Shown here: piece after piece, positions 1 through 12,408 of the stretch
Layout of the letters: every line of letters begins with the position of its first letter
Numbering within the stretch: the stretch's first letter is position 1
DNA from: Phyllobates terribilis
Lineage: Eukaryota
DNA length: 64,000 bases
Direction: 5' to 3'
NCBI RefSeq assembly: GCF_046119375.1
Contig: NW_027362763.1
Coordinates: forward strand, 236,716,001-236,780,000
Program-made: the position numbers and the translations under genes
The notes under the pieces: generated by a model
Seen by the model: the letters and a program-made list of their open reading frames with translations, nothing else
The model's database searches: none
What the model was told of the DNA's origin: nothing

Positions 1-445
1 CAGGTTTTGGAGTGCCCATGATGTTTGTGCAATCTCAAGCAGCCAGACACACAGGTGAACTTGTAAACATAACAATTTTACTGAATGAGGTAACAGGGTA
101 CAGTCTCTCTTACAGGCAAAGTTCACAGTATATTGTACATATGAAAGTTATGTTTTTCTCCACAACTGGTTTGTACCAGCGTTCTAGTCAGGGTGAGAGC
201 CCTGAGCTGAGAGACTCCTCCCAGCCGTTGCTATGGCCACCGCTTGTTGTGAGGAGAATAATCATTACTTCATATACACACATTGGCCAGCAGATGGCAG
301 GAAAGTACAATTTACAATACAAGGAAGTACAATTTACAATGTAATGTATTATATCCCCTAATTCAGTGCACAAAATGGAGCAAATCTAGTACAACACTAC
401 AACTGTCTCATTTAGCAGTAGCAGAACGGGTACCGGGATGCTACA
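1..445 (-). repeat. 3' LTR of old Gypsy element A (runs off the left edge of the window)
   Basis: Aligns with 25260-26139 at roughly 90% by eye, lacking about 480 bp found in that copy. On the minus strand it starts TGTAGCATCCC directly after a polypurine tract. Confidence 0.9.
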
Positions 446-465
446 TACTCCCCCTCTTAAGAAAA
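446..465 (-). other. Polypurine tract of Gypsy A
   Basis: Minus strand TTTTCTTAAGAGGGGGAGTA abuts the TG start of the LTR at 445. Confidence 0.8.
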
Positions 466-898
466 GCTGTCCTTAGCGAATAGTTAGAGGGTGAAGCCTT
501 GTACAAATGACAAAGTTAGGGATACAGAGGAAAAAGTGCTATACACAAGTGCATGGCAAAATGGAATAATTACTAGCAAAACCAACATAGGTTGTGAACA
601 TGAGAAATATTCAGAAACATTGTTGGGAATAGAGTCTCTAGGTATTTGATGTAAATGTCCATACCTAGGAAAATGCAATAGCAGATAAACATGAGCATAA
701 ACAACATTCTTAGTAATAACTATAATACTGTTACATGTAAATGGGGTTAATGAAGTTTAAGATTTCTTGGCTTTGTGAGCCAGGCACAATCCTTGAACTG
801 TTATATTAACTAGAAAAAAAAACACATATTAATCTGGTAAATCTGAGTATATAAATGTCAAAAGGGATATAATTCAAGAAGGATATATGGTGAAGTAA

Positions 899-3058
899 CT
901 AGTCCCTGTACCTAGCAGGTAGGATACCTTTGGTACTCCGCTCAGATCGCCTCAAAGGTACTGTCCATTGACTGCAGATTAGTTCAGGTTCTATGGTTTC
1001 TTCAGGTGGAAGAAAAGTATTCTCTGTTGAGGTAGGAATGAACTGACAATAGCCAGGAAACGCAAATTGTGGAGCAAAGATAAGTTCAGCGAGGCTCGGC
1101 AGTCTTTCTGATGAATCTGGAGGATTCTGTGTTCTAATCAAAGTTGACTTGGGTAGTGGTGACTCTCTCAGCAGTTCTTCCTTGAGACACAGTTTTAGGC
1201 GGTTTCTGTGTACTGTCAGGGGTTTCCAACCAATTTGGGATATCTCGTACACATAAGATGATGAAAAGGGTATAGCTGTTTTTGTGTACGATTCAACTTC
1301 CCAAAGTGGATCCAATTTTAAAGGCCAATGGTTGTTTCAGAGCCAGACTCGGTCACCAATTTGTAGGGGTTTGACATGGGAATGTTGATCACAGTCTTCT
1401 TGTTGTCTTCTTTGTGCTTCTTACATGCGAGAATCAACAGTTTCCTTGGCTTTCGCCATGCGTCTGCAGTGTTCAATCACCCAGTCTGTTTGTAGAAAAA
1501 GATTAATGGTGTCAGGTACTTGTACACTTAGAGCCTAGTCTGAAGGCAACTGGCCTTGTTGGCAGAACATCAGATAAAATGGAGTATGATCAGTTGAGCA
1601 ATATATGGTGTTATTGTAGATGTGGACAAGATCTTTCAGAATGTCAGGCCACACAGTTTCTCTTGTTGCAGAAGGAGTGCACAGCATACTGATGATAACT
1701 TAGTTCACTCTTTCACAGAGGCCATTACCTTGTGGATGGTAAGCAGTGGTATGCAGTTTCTTGAAATCTCTGTACTTGCTCAGCTCGTGGAAAAGTTCAG
1801 ATTCAAAGGCAGGTCCACGACCAGTGAGGATGTGGTCTGGACACCCATAGTGTTGGATAAACTCGGTATAGAAGAATTCAGCTGCAGTTTTGGCTGCAAG
1901 ATCTATGACAGGAGCAATAGCGGCAAACTTTGTGTAATGGTCCACCATTGTGAGGGCATATATATAGCCAGAGTGAGTTGGGCACAATTTCACATGATCA
2001 AAGCAAAAATTTCTCCTGGTTTTTGTGACTTAATAGGGTGTAAGGGTGCTTTTTGATCTCTGCATCCATCTTTTGTGATGTTACATGCGGAACATTCTCG
2101 GCACCAACTTTCAATGTCTCCTCTCATACCGACTCAGTAGAACCTTTGGCAGATGGTAGCTTCAGTTTTCTGGACACCGAAATGGCCAGAGTGATCATGA
2201 AAGGCTTCAAGGATGACCCGTGAATGAGTATTTGGTGAAGTCTGTCACCTGAGATAGGGTCCAAAGCATTTCTCATTATGAGCCCTTTCTGGACAAATAG
2301 GCATTCTCTCTGTCTCCAGAGGCGGGTAAATTCCACATCAGGATGAGCTTGTCTTAACCTGGAACTCATTGGAACTCGTCCAGTAGTAGGGAAGTCATGG
2401 AGTTCCCCCAGGACTCTGCTCTCTTCTTGTAATTTCTTCCACAGGGAAGGTTCTTGAAGATGGCTTGGAATGAGATTCCCCCTTTTCAGCAGAGGCAGTG
2501 ATCGCACTCTGCTGGGGAAAGGAGTAGAAAGGAAGCATTTATACCTCTTCCCAGTCATCTCAGGGTGGTTCTTCTCCAACTGGCAGCAGGGACAACGCAC
2601 CGGCATTGACATTTGATTGCCACTGTGGTATTTGACTGTGAATTTGTAGTTCGCTAGGCTTGAAACCCACCATTGCTCCATGGCTCCCAGCGGGGAGGAA
2701 TCCAGTTGCGCTAGTGGGTTATTGCCTGTGTAGACAGTAAAGGGCATGGCAGCCAGGTAATCCTTGAATTTTTCTATAACAGCCCAGACAAGTGCAAGCA
2801 GTTCAAGCTTGAACGAACTGTAGTTGCTGTCATTCTTCTCAGTTCCTCTGAGGCTGCGACTGTTGTAAGCAATCACACGCTTTTTATTGTCCTGGACCTG
2901 GGACAAAACAGCACCTAACCCTTGGAGGCTAGCATCTGTATACAAAAGGAATGGCTGAGTGTAATAAGGATAGGCCAGGATAGGTGGCTGGGTAAGAAGG
3001 TTTTTCAGTGTTTGGAATGCTTGTTCTTGATGATTTGTTCAGTCTACTGGAAGCCTTC
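899..3058 (-). pseudogene. pol: Gypsy A pol 3' half (connection, RNase H, integrase), broken by stops and frameshifts
   Basis: Motifs PILAYP..QPFLLYTDASLQGLGAVLSQ and YSSFKLELLALVWAV..F.DYL (RNase H). Integrase core TMVDHYTKF...ILTGRGPAFES...TTAYHPQGNGLCERVN. Tail PLRRSERSTKG. Confidence 0.92.
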
Positions 3059-3564
3059 TGTTGTAGTTTGCCTTGGATGGTAACTGGAGTTACGAACCCC
3101 AAGGGGTCATACAGGCTATTCACGAAGGAAAGAACTCCTCTGCGCGTGAAGGGTTTATCGTCTTTGTTAATCTGAAAGGTGAAGGCATCCGTCTTCAAAT
3201 CCCAAAGCAATCCTAGGCTACGCTGCATGGGAAGGGAGTCGATGCTTAGGTCTAATTCATTCAGATCACTGGAATAGTCTTGAGAAGGAAAGGCTTCCAT
3301 CAATTCTCTGCTGTTGGAGGCAATCTTATGTAGCCTCAGGTTAGACAGAGCAAGCATTTCTTGAGCCCTCTTCAGGAGGTTGATTTGGCAGAATTTCAGA
3401 GGACGTAGATAGCGACTCCTGGGGAGGGACTGTTCCCGAAGATGTGGACCCTTATCCGGTACTCTGTGATGTCCTTATCGGGGTCGTTATCGCGGTACCA
3501 GAAGAACCTCAAGTAGTTTCTGTGTTCCTCCTTGACGAGTAAACAGTGGAACATCTGTTGTATG
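3059..3564 (-). pseudogene. BEL/Pao pol fragment (RT into the RNase H-proximal region), joined directly to Gypsy A pol
   Basis: Minus strand reads IQQMFHC..VKEEHRNYLRFFWYRDND and LGLLWDLKTDAF...TRRGVLSFVNSLYDPLGFVTPVTIQGK, which are BEL/Pao motifs. It continues the frame broken at 20398. Confidence 0.9.
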
Positions 3565-4481
3565 TAGAGATGAGCGTTGTTCTACTCGAACTGTTCGCCA
3601 ATCTCAAATTTGAGCTGTTTTGGGCGGTGTTCGAGCCGTTCGGCGAACACGAACAATTTGAGAAAAATTCGGCTGTTCGAGGTTATGTTCGATAACTGTT
3701 CGTGCACCAAAATCATAACTGGATTTTTTCTCAGTAATGATGAAAATTAATGTTAATACGCAGTTTGAGTGTACAGCGGGGTGGGGGGAGGGGCAGGGGA
3801 TGGATCTCTGCAGGAACAATGAAGATCTCCATTTTTTTTTTCTCTTTCCCGCATTTACAGTGGGGAGGTGCAATCTGTCAGCCTATCAGCAGCGCACACA
3901 CGGAGCGAAGTGCTTTTTTTCACACAAGCAAGGGCATGTGTCATTGGCAGTGTATGTCACATGTCCTTGCCCTATAAGACCAAGCCATTTTCCCCGTCGC
4001 CACCATTTTCTCACTGCTGCAGCTGCGTGTTAGACGGCACCGCTGTTGCTGTGTGCGCTATACCTTGTTAATTTCAAGCCAATTTTCGCACAAATCTACA
4101 GATAGCTTGGGAGTAGGGAATAGTTGTGATTGCAGTCCTTTTAAGGACTAGGTTACAGCATTTACTATGACTTTTATCAGGCAGGTCTGTGCTCTTAAAT
4201 AGATAGGTTGTGGGAGTAAAGACTAATTGTAATTGGAGTCCTTTTCAGGACTAGGTTACATCAGTTCCTATCAGTTTTTGCCAGGCAGGTCTGTGCCAGT
4301 GCTGTGCAAGTTTTTTTCACAGCATTTGGCTGAATCTAGCAAAGCTAATCGTTTTTGGCCTATTGCAGAGTGTGTTAGTCAGTGGAGTAGCCTATCTGTG
4401 TGGCAAGATATACCACCTGTGTATAGAATACCAATTTTTTTACTGCACCTAGTGAAGTAAAATCTTTTGGGCATAGCATCA

Positions 4482-7180
4482 TTCTATTAGTCCATCTATA
4501 CTGACCTCCATCAGGTTGCAAATTGAATATAATTTTTTTCTGCATCTAGCTCTGAAAAAATATTGGGCTTCTAGCTGTGTGTGGGACTTGTTGTATTAGT
4601 CCATCTATACTGACCTCCATCAGGTTGCAAACTGAATATATTTTTTTCTGCATCTACCTCTGAAAAAATATTGGGCTTCTAGCTGTGTGTGGGACTTGTT
4701 CTATTAATCCATCTATACAGACCTCCATTAGGTTGCAAACTGAATATATTTTTTTCTGCATCTACCTCTGAAAATATATTGGGCTTCTAGCTGTGTGTGG
4801 GACTTGTTGTATTAGTCCATCTATACTGACCTCCATCAGGTTGCAAATTAAAAATATTTTTTATCTGCATCTACAGTACCTCTGAAAAAATATTTGGGCT
4901 TCTAGCTGTGTGTGGGACTTGTTCTATTAGTCCATCTATACTGACCTCCATCAGGTTGCAAATTGAATATAATTTTTATCTGCATCTAGCTCTGAAAAAA
5001 TATTTGGCCTTCTAGCAGTGTGTGGGACTTTCTCTATTAGTCCATCTATACTGACCTCCATCAGGTTGCAAATTCAAAATAATTTTTATCTGCATCTACC
5101 TCTGAAAAAATATTTGGGCTTCTAGCTGTGTGTGGGACTTGTTCTATTAATCCATCTATACAGACATCCATCAGGTTGCAAACTGAATATATTTTTTCTG
5201 CATCTACCTCTGAAAAAATATTGGGCTTCTAGCTGTGTGTGGGACTTGTTGTATTAGTCCATCTATACTGACCTCCATCAGGTTGCAAACTGAATATATT
5301 TTTTTCTGCATCTACCTCTGAAAAAATATTGGACTTCTAGCTGTGTGTGGGACTTGTTCTATTAATCCATCTATACAGACCTCCATCAGGTTGCAAACTG
5401 AATATATTTTTTTCTGCATCTACCTCTGAAAAAATATGTGGCCTTCTAGCAGTGTGTGGGACTTTCTCTATTAGTCCATCTATACTGACATCCATCAGGT
5501 TGCAAACTGAATATAATTTTTTTCTGCATCTAGCTCTGAAAAAATATTTGGCCTTCTAGCAGTGTGTGGGACTTTCTCTATTAGTCCATCTATACTGACC
5601 TCCATCAGGTTGCAAATTAAAAATAATTTTTATCTGCATCTACCTCTGAAAAAATATTTGGGCTTCTAGCTATGTGTGGGACTTGTTCTATTAATCCATC
5701 TATACAGACCTCCATCAGGTTGCAAACTGAATATATTTTTTTCTGCATCTACCTCTGAAAAAATATTGGGCTTCTAGCTGTGTGTGGGACTTGTTGTATT
5801 AGTCCATCTATACTGACCTAAATCAGGTTGCAAACTGAATATATTTTTTTCTGCATCTACCTCTGAAAAAATATTGGGCTTCTAGCTGTGTGTGGGACTT
5901 GTTCTATTAATCCATCTATACAGACCTCCATCAGGTTGCAAACTGAATATATTTTTTTCTGCATCTACCTCTGAAAAAATATTGGGCTTCTAGCTGTGTG
6001 TGGGACTTGTTCTATTAATCCATTTATACAGACCTCCATCAGGTTGCAAACTGAATATATTTTATTCTGCATCTACCTATGAAAAAATATTGGGCTTCTA
6101 GCTTTGTGTGGGACTTGTTGTATTAGTCCATCTATACTGACCTCCATCAGGTTGCAAACTGAATATATTTTTTTCTGCATCTACCTCTGAAAAAATATTG
6201 GGCTTCTAGCTGTGTGTGGGACTTGTTCTATTAATCCATCTATACAGACCTCCATCAGGTTGCAAACTGAATATATTTTTTTCTGCATCTACCTCTGAAA
6301 AAATATTGGGCTTCTAGCTGTGTGTGGGACTTGTTCTATTAATCCATCTATACAGACCTCCATCAGGTTGCAAACTGAATATATTTTTTTCTGCATCTAC
6401 CTCTGAAAAAATATTGGGCTTCTAGCTGTGTGTGGGACTTGTTGTATTAGTCCATCTATACTGACCTCCATCAGGTTGCAAACTGAATATATTTTTTTCT
6501 GCATCTACCTCTGAAAAAATATTCGGCCTTCTAGCAGTGTGTGGGACTTTCTCTCTTAGTCCATCTATACTGACCTCCATCAGGTTGCAAATTCAAAATA
6601 ATTTTTGGTCTGCATCTAGCTCTGAAAAAATATTGGGCTTCTAGCTGTGTGTGGGACTTGTTGTATTAGTCCATTTATACTGACCTCCATCAGGTTGCAA
6701 ATTAAAAATAATTTTTATCTGCATCTACAGTACCTCTGAAAAAATATTTGGGCTTCTAGCTGTGTGTGGGACTTGTTCTATTAGTCCATCTATACTGAAC
6801 TCCATAAGGTTGCAAATTGAATATAATTTTTATCTGCATCTAGCTCTGAAAAAATATTTGGCCTTCTAGCAGTGTGTGGGACTTTCTCTATTAGTCCATC
6901 TATACTGACCTCCATCAGGTTGCAAATTGAATATAATTTTTATCTGCATCTAGCTCTGAAAAAATATTTGGCCTTCTAGCAGTGTGTGGGACTTTCTCTA
7001 TTAGTCCATCTATACTGACCTCCATCAGGTTGCAAATTAAAAATAATTTTTATCTGCATCTACCTCTGAAAAATATTTGGGCTTCTAGCAGTGTGTGGGA
7101 CTCATTGTATTAGGCCATCTATACCAAGCTCCACCAGCTTTGAAATTAATAATAATTTTTAGCTGCATCTAGCTCTGAAA
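4482..7180. repeat. Tandem array of a 110-111 bp unit (about 24-25 copies) inside the hAT subterminal region
   Basis: Unit ATTAGTCCATCTATACTGACCTCCATCAGGTTGCAAA...CTGCATCTAGCTCTGAAAAAATATTTGGCCTTCTAGCAGTGTGTGGGACTT, repeated head to tail. Confidence 0.97.
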
Positions 7181-7513
7181 ATAATTTTTCCCAATAGTGG
7201 TAGCAATAGAAATATGGGGCGCGCGCCTGGCTAACAAAAATATACGCTTCATAACACAAAACACCAGCCTAGCGCACTGCATTAATAAGATGGCATCATC
7301 GTCTCTCCCAGTGCTAGGCCTACTACGCAGGCTAGTATTCCTGTGCCTAAAACACAATGTATGGGTCCGCACTAGCCACTATGCTGAGGGGTATAAAGCT
7401 GCTGCTAACGCTTTATAACAATTCAATTGGCAGATTTTCACAGAGCTCTTCCACAACGCCCACCCATCGGGCAACAGTTGCCCACCCTCCCTATGGGATC
7501 TAGTGGCGAATAG

Positions 7514-8401
7514 TTGATGCCATTAATCAGAGCGTCAGATGCCCCGTCAACGTGGCAAGCATACGGTAAGGCATGGGAAGAGTGGACACGACTAGTAGCA
7601 TGCAGACGGGTTGACCAATGTGAACAAGCCAGATCACAAGTCACCATAGAATTTCTCCACCAGCTAATGATGAGGGGCATATCAGGGGCGTCAGCGCAGC
7701 GGTGACTGACCGGAGTAGCATTTCACTTCCAACTACTGAATTGGGGAGATGTGACAAAGATTCATCATCAGACAATCCATAAAAGGGTGGAAAAGGGGTC
7801 AGCCAAGTCAGGAATGTAGACGTCCCGTCCCGTGTCACTAAAACTGATTTCTCACATCTTATCCCTAACACCATTAACATGACACTCACAATTTGAAGCA
7901 ACACTAATGTCTACTGCATTTGTGATCGCCTTCTTCGGGGCGCTATGTATAAGCGAATTAGTCCCTCAATCCAAAATTACCACCAGTGGACGCTTATTAC
8001 ACCAGGAAGTAGTCATAGCCAATAATGCAATACGTGTACGCATACACCAATCGAAAACGGTTCCAGCGGGCAGGGGTACTTGGGTACTTCTACAACCCAC
8101 AAACGGTACACTGAGTCGGGTAACAATAGTAAAAACATATCTAACCATCAGATCACAAAGTAATTTCTTCGTATCACACATTGATGGAACGCCATTATCA
8201 AGATACCTGTTCCAAGCTATATTTAATAAATGCATAACATCGGCAGGGAACCACCCCAAAGATTACGGGACACACTCATTCCGCATAGGTGCGGCCACGG
8301 AAGCAGCAAGAGCAGGACTGTCAGAAACGGAAGTTCAGAGGATAGGGAGATGGCGATCCACGTGTTTGGCGAGATACATAAGACCGGACTTGTTATCCTA
8401 A
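7514..8401 (+). pseudogene. Tyrosine recombinase of the Ngaro-type element (frameshifted)
   Basis: N-terminal APSTWQAYGKAWEEW. Catalytic region FFGALCISELV (the usual Arg reads as Cys), GTHSFRIGAAT, GRWRS..LARYIRP. Confidence 0.9.
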
Positions 8402-8422
8402 CTTGGTTTGTTTCTTTTACAG

Positions 8423-9051
8423 GTGACGCTAAGCCAACAGTGTGAGTGATAGGCCACTCGTATATATATTGGGCACAAAAAAGGGCGAAAGTCCGCCCAG
8501 GCGGGAGGAAATTAGAGTTTCATAACACATATTTCAACTGGAGAGGTATTAGAGGCCTGCTATGGCCACAGGTACTAATGGAGGTAATCAAGGTAGGGAG
8601 AGAGGCAAGAGGTCCGGTCATCTTAGTTATACAGGCCGGGGGAAACAACCTAGGTCATCACAAGAGCGCATAACTAATGGCAATAATGAAACTAGACACT
8701 GAGCGCTTCAGAGAATTTTTCACAAAATTAGCTATAGTATGGTCAGAGATTGTGCCGATAGCGGTATGGTAAGGTGCGCGAGATATCACGGCTATCGAAT
8801 GGACAAGGCGGGTAATAAATATTCGGATGGCAAAATTTAGAAGAGAGAGAGGCGGTGTAGTGATACGACACCGACAACTGGAAGGAGATAAAGCAGGCCT
8901 CATACGGCCCGACGGTGTTCACTTTATAGATATTGGACTGGACATATTCCTGTACGGACTCCAGGACGGAGTGGAACAAGCGTTAAGAGTGATGGGTGGG
9001 GGTCAGAGTCCTGCATACGAGTACGCTGGATCCTCCTTGGCCTGGAAATAG
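8423..9051 (+). pseudogene. SGNH/GDSL hydrolase-like ORF of the Ngaro-type element (in-frame stops)
   Basis: Motifs VIGHSYIYWA, VIQAGGNNLG and RPDGVHF match SGNH blocks I, III and V. Confidence 0.75.
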
Positions 9052-9619
9052 AAAGGACATGTTGGAGAGTTACACTTGTTGGCCAACTTGCCGGAGTGGG
9101 GACCCAGGGCATGCTGCAACAAGCTGAATTATTTTAGAAATAAAATGCCTTTCTAATGGAATGAGTATAAAGAGTTAATAAAGCTGTGACCGATCCTCAC
9201 CCATCCAGTTGTAAGAGTTACATTATTGGGTTGTCCATGAAAGGGGGGCGGTAGGGGGGCTGAGCATCTGGGTTTGGTTGGGGGTCCCCACAGTCTGCCT
9301 AGGCTAGATTAATTTAAAAATTCTTATTAGATACACAGGCGGTGCAGCTTGCTTCGCAGCTGGGCTACTATGCCCAAAGTATTGCCTAGGCTAGATGCAG
9401 TTAAAAATTCTACGCTGACTAGCAGACACTGAAGATTTGGAGCAGACCTCTGAGTAAACAGCTCTTCAGACTCAACCATCTGTGTTACCCCAAGCCATAG
9501 TGTATGTAGTTTCTTACAGTTAAAAGGGGGGGGTGCGACCCAACCCACCTGGAATTGACGATGCCAACGTCACGTAAGACACAGCAAGGGGACTCCCAAA
9601 ATTGTGGCACAGACACCAC

Positions 9620-9843
9620 TTAACCCTAGAACGCATACCTGTGGCCTTGCAGGCCCGCCCAGTTAATTGTTTTCTATTTTCTGCAAGATTGCTTTAGTTA
9701 GAATTTTGAAACTCTAGGTATTCTTCATGTATATAGTTGTTTGTCATTTGAGTTTGAGTTATTCCATGTTATTTGCACACGGGCCTAAAGGGCGCCAGGT
9801 ATGTGAAAGTGTAGATTTTTATGGTCATGCGTTCTAGGGTTAA
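9620..9843. mobile_element. TTAA-flanked MITE (piggyBac-like ends)
   Basis: Perfect terminal inverted repeat TTAACCCTAGAACGCAT ... ATGCGTTCTAGGGTTAA. Confidence 0.85.
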
Positions 9844-11771
9844 GTGGCATCAATTGCCCCACTGTTGCTTAAAACGGTTGGTGAGGTGATTTTACCAAAT
9901 CCCCAAGCTTTTAGTCTCCCAAGGATGACACAGGGGTAGAAATGTCCTTGCGAATCCATGATTTGATCATCTTTATGAACGTGAGTCTGTCTACATTGTC
10001 AGTGGACAGCCACGTGCGCTTATCTGTCAGCACACCACCAGCAGCGCTGAACACACGTTCAGAGAGAACGCTGGCTGCATGGCATGACAAGATCTCCAAG
10101 GCGTGAGTGGCGAGCTCCGGCGATTTTTCAAGATTGGAATACCAAAATGAGCAAGGGTCCAGTGACACAGTCATGGCTTCGATGTTCACTTGGAGATTCT
10201 CCTGTACCATCCTCTCTAGGCATTGACTATGTGTCAGACTTCTTGTCTCCTGTGGCCTTGCAAAGGATGGTCTAAAAAAGTGGTGAAACGATTCCACAAA
10301 ATTGCTGTTACCAGCAGATACTGTGTTACTGTTACTGTTTGAGTGATGAAGACTCGACAGTCCCACCGTTGGCAAGTTAGAATTCTGACAATCCGGGGGT
10401 CATGTTGCAGGTAGTGCAGCAAGAAGGCACTCATGTGTCTTGCGCATCCAGAAGGACCAAGTCCTTGTTTTGTTGGTAGCGAGGTAAGAATCATGCTTCC
10501 TTCCTCTGCCCTCTCCCTCCAACCTCGCACAACAGAAATGTGATCAAGGTCTCCCTCATCTGATGAGTCTTCCATGCCCATTGCCAGTTCGTCCTCCACT
10601 TATTCCTCGGCTCCTGCACCTTCCTCAACAGTTTGGCTGCTACCATGCGCCCTGGTTAATCCCTCTCCCCCACCCTCCCATGCCTGCCGCCTTGGTGCTG
10701 CCAACCGTCTGGACCTTGGAGATGTTATCCCTTCCGCATACGACTCCTCCTCTACTTCCTCCACCTCCTCTTGTCCCACCACCTGACTCCGAATTCTGTT
10801 TAACATGTGCTCCAGCATGTAAATCACCGTAATAGTCATGCTGATAATGGCATCGTCAGCACTAAACATCTTCGTCGCCATTTCAAGACTGTGCAGAAGG
10901 GTGCATAGGTCCCTGATCTGAGACCACTCCTCCAGCGTGATTTGCCCCACCTCTGGATCTCGTTGGCCCAGGCTATACATCAGAACGTATTGCACCAGGG
11001 CTTGTCGGTGCTGCCACAGTCGCTGCAACATGTGCAGAGTTGAATTCCACCGTGTCGGCACATCGCATTTCAGCCGGTGAACTGGCAGGCCCAACGACTT
11101 CTGTAGAGATGTAAGTCGTTGAACTGCGGGATGCGAACGGCGGAAGTGAGCACACAGCGACCGTGCACTCTGCAGAAGGCCATCTAGTCCGGGATAGTGG
11201 GCTAAAAATTGCTGGACAACCAGGTTCAACACGTGAGCCATACAAGGCACGTGTGTGACATTGCCCCGGCGAAGTGCCGCACCCAGGTTTGCAGCATTGT
11301 CGCACATGGCCTTCCCTGGTTGCAGGTCCAGTGGAGACAACCTTTCATGAAACTGGGTCTCCAGAGCTGACCAAAACTCCTCAGCTGTGTGACTCACATT
11401 TCCCAGACATTTCAAAGTAAACACTGATGCGTTGAGCCCTGCTGCCAGCATAGTAAGGAGGTGTGCAGGATTCCTTTGGCGCAGTTAGAAAGCAGGTGGC
11501 ATTACCAGACAGGCTTTGGGTGCAGGTGGAGGACCGAGAGGAGGTTGAGGAGGCAGAAGCAGTGGAGGAAGTTCGAGATAAAGAGGATTAACACACAACT
11601 CGTGGGGACGGTAAGACTTGGACAACAGCCCCTTGTCCTGCTGTCACCATAGTTACACAGTGCCCAGTCAGCGACATGTAACGCCCCTGTCCATGCCTTC
11701 TCGTCCAAGTGTCTGTGGTGAAGTGCACCCTGTCACACACAGAGTTTCTCAAAGAAGCGGTGATGTTGTGT

Positions 11772-12397
11772 TGTCACGGGTGTGTCGCCACGAAGATCGT
11801 CACGATTACACAGCCTGACTTCTCGCAGCTGACTTTTTGGTGCTTTGTGTTTTTCGGCAGTGAGGGAGTTAATTCTCTCTCTCTCTGTACTAGACGAGGT
11901 CCAGCCTCGCCCAGCTGCAATCAATGCTGCTGTAGTGAGACTCCTTCAAATGCCTGCTGGTCTGTTAGTGAAGTGTCGGTGAAAGCATTTCATGCAGACT
12001 AACAGAGCGGATCGTGGTATTTGGAGTTTCAGAGATAAGTGTATTTGGAGTGTTTTTTCCCTTCCTCGCTTTATCATTTATCTCCTTTCCTGTTGGTGTT
12101 CCCTCTGTTGTAGTTGTGTAGTTTTTGTATGCAAGGTGGTTTTGGTTTTTCCCTTGTACTGTCTCGTTCGTCTAAGTACTGCGTGTGGGCATATTATTAC
12201 TTGTCCCCTTTTGTTGTGATCGGGGTCCTTCTCAGGACTAGATTACTTAGGTGCAGGGATCCTCAGGAGGTAGGGGTTACGCTGGCGGCCTGGACCTCTG
12301 TACCTTTAACAGTACCTCCAGGTTGAGGGATTAGTCAGGGCCCCAGCTTAGGGTCAGCTTAGGCCCCCTACCTCCAGTATACAGAGACAGCGTGACA
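11772..12397 (+). repeat. 5' LTR of Gypsy B
   Basis: TGTCACGGG...CAGCGTGACA. Direct repeat of 16582-17207. Confidence 0.97.
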
Positions 12398-12408
12398 TTT
12401 TCACCGAC
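12398..12408 (+). promoter_or_regulatory. Non-tRNA primer binding site complementary to LTR 11975-11984 (putative self-priming)
   Basis: TTTCACCGAC (12399-12408) is the exact reverse complement of GTCGGTGAAA (11975-11984). There is no TGG tRNA-type PBS after the LTR. Confidence 0.8.

Larger units (their letters stand above)
7435..9235 (+). mobile_element. 5'-truncated Ngaro-type tyrosine-recombinase retrotransposon
   Basis: RNase H C-terminal remnant, then a tyrosine recombinase, then an SGNH hydrolase-like ORF, then AATAAAGCTGTG. This YR-plus-hydrolase order is known for vertebrate Ngaro elements. Boundaries are approximate. Confidence 0.8.

Noticed and set aside
899-3058. Gmr1-type classification of Gypsy A
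   Set aside because: Integrase lies downstream of RNase H, which is the standard Gypsy order.
7907-8401. Phage or bacterial integrase (contamination or horizontal transfer)
   Set aside because: Its context of RNase H remnant, recombinase and SGNH ORF is that of a eukaryotic Ngaro-type retroelement.
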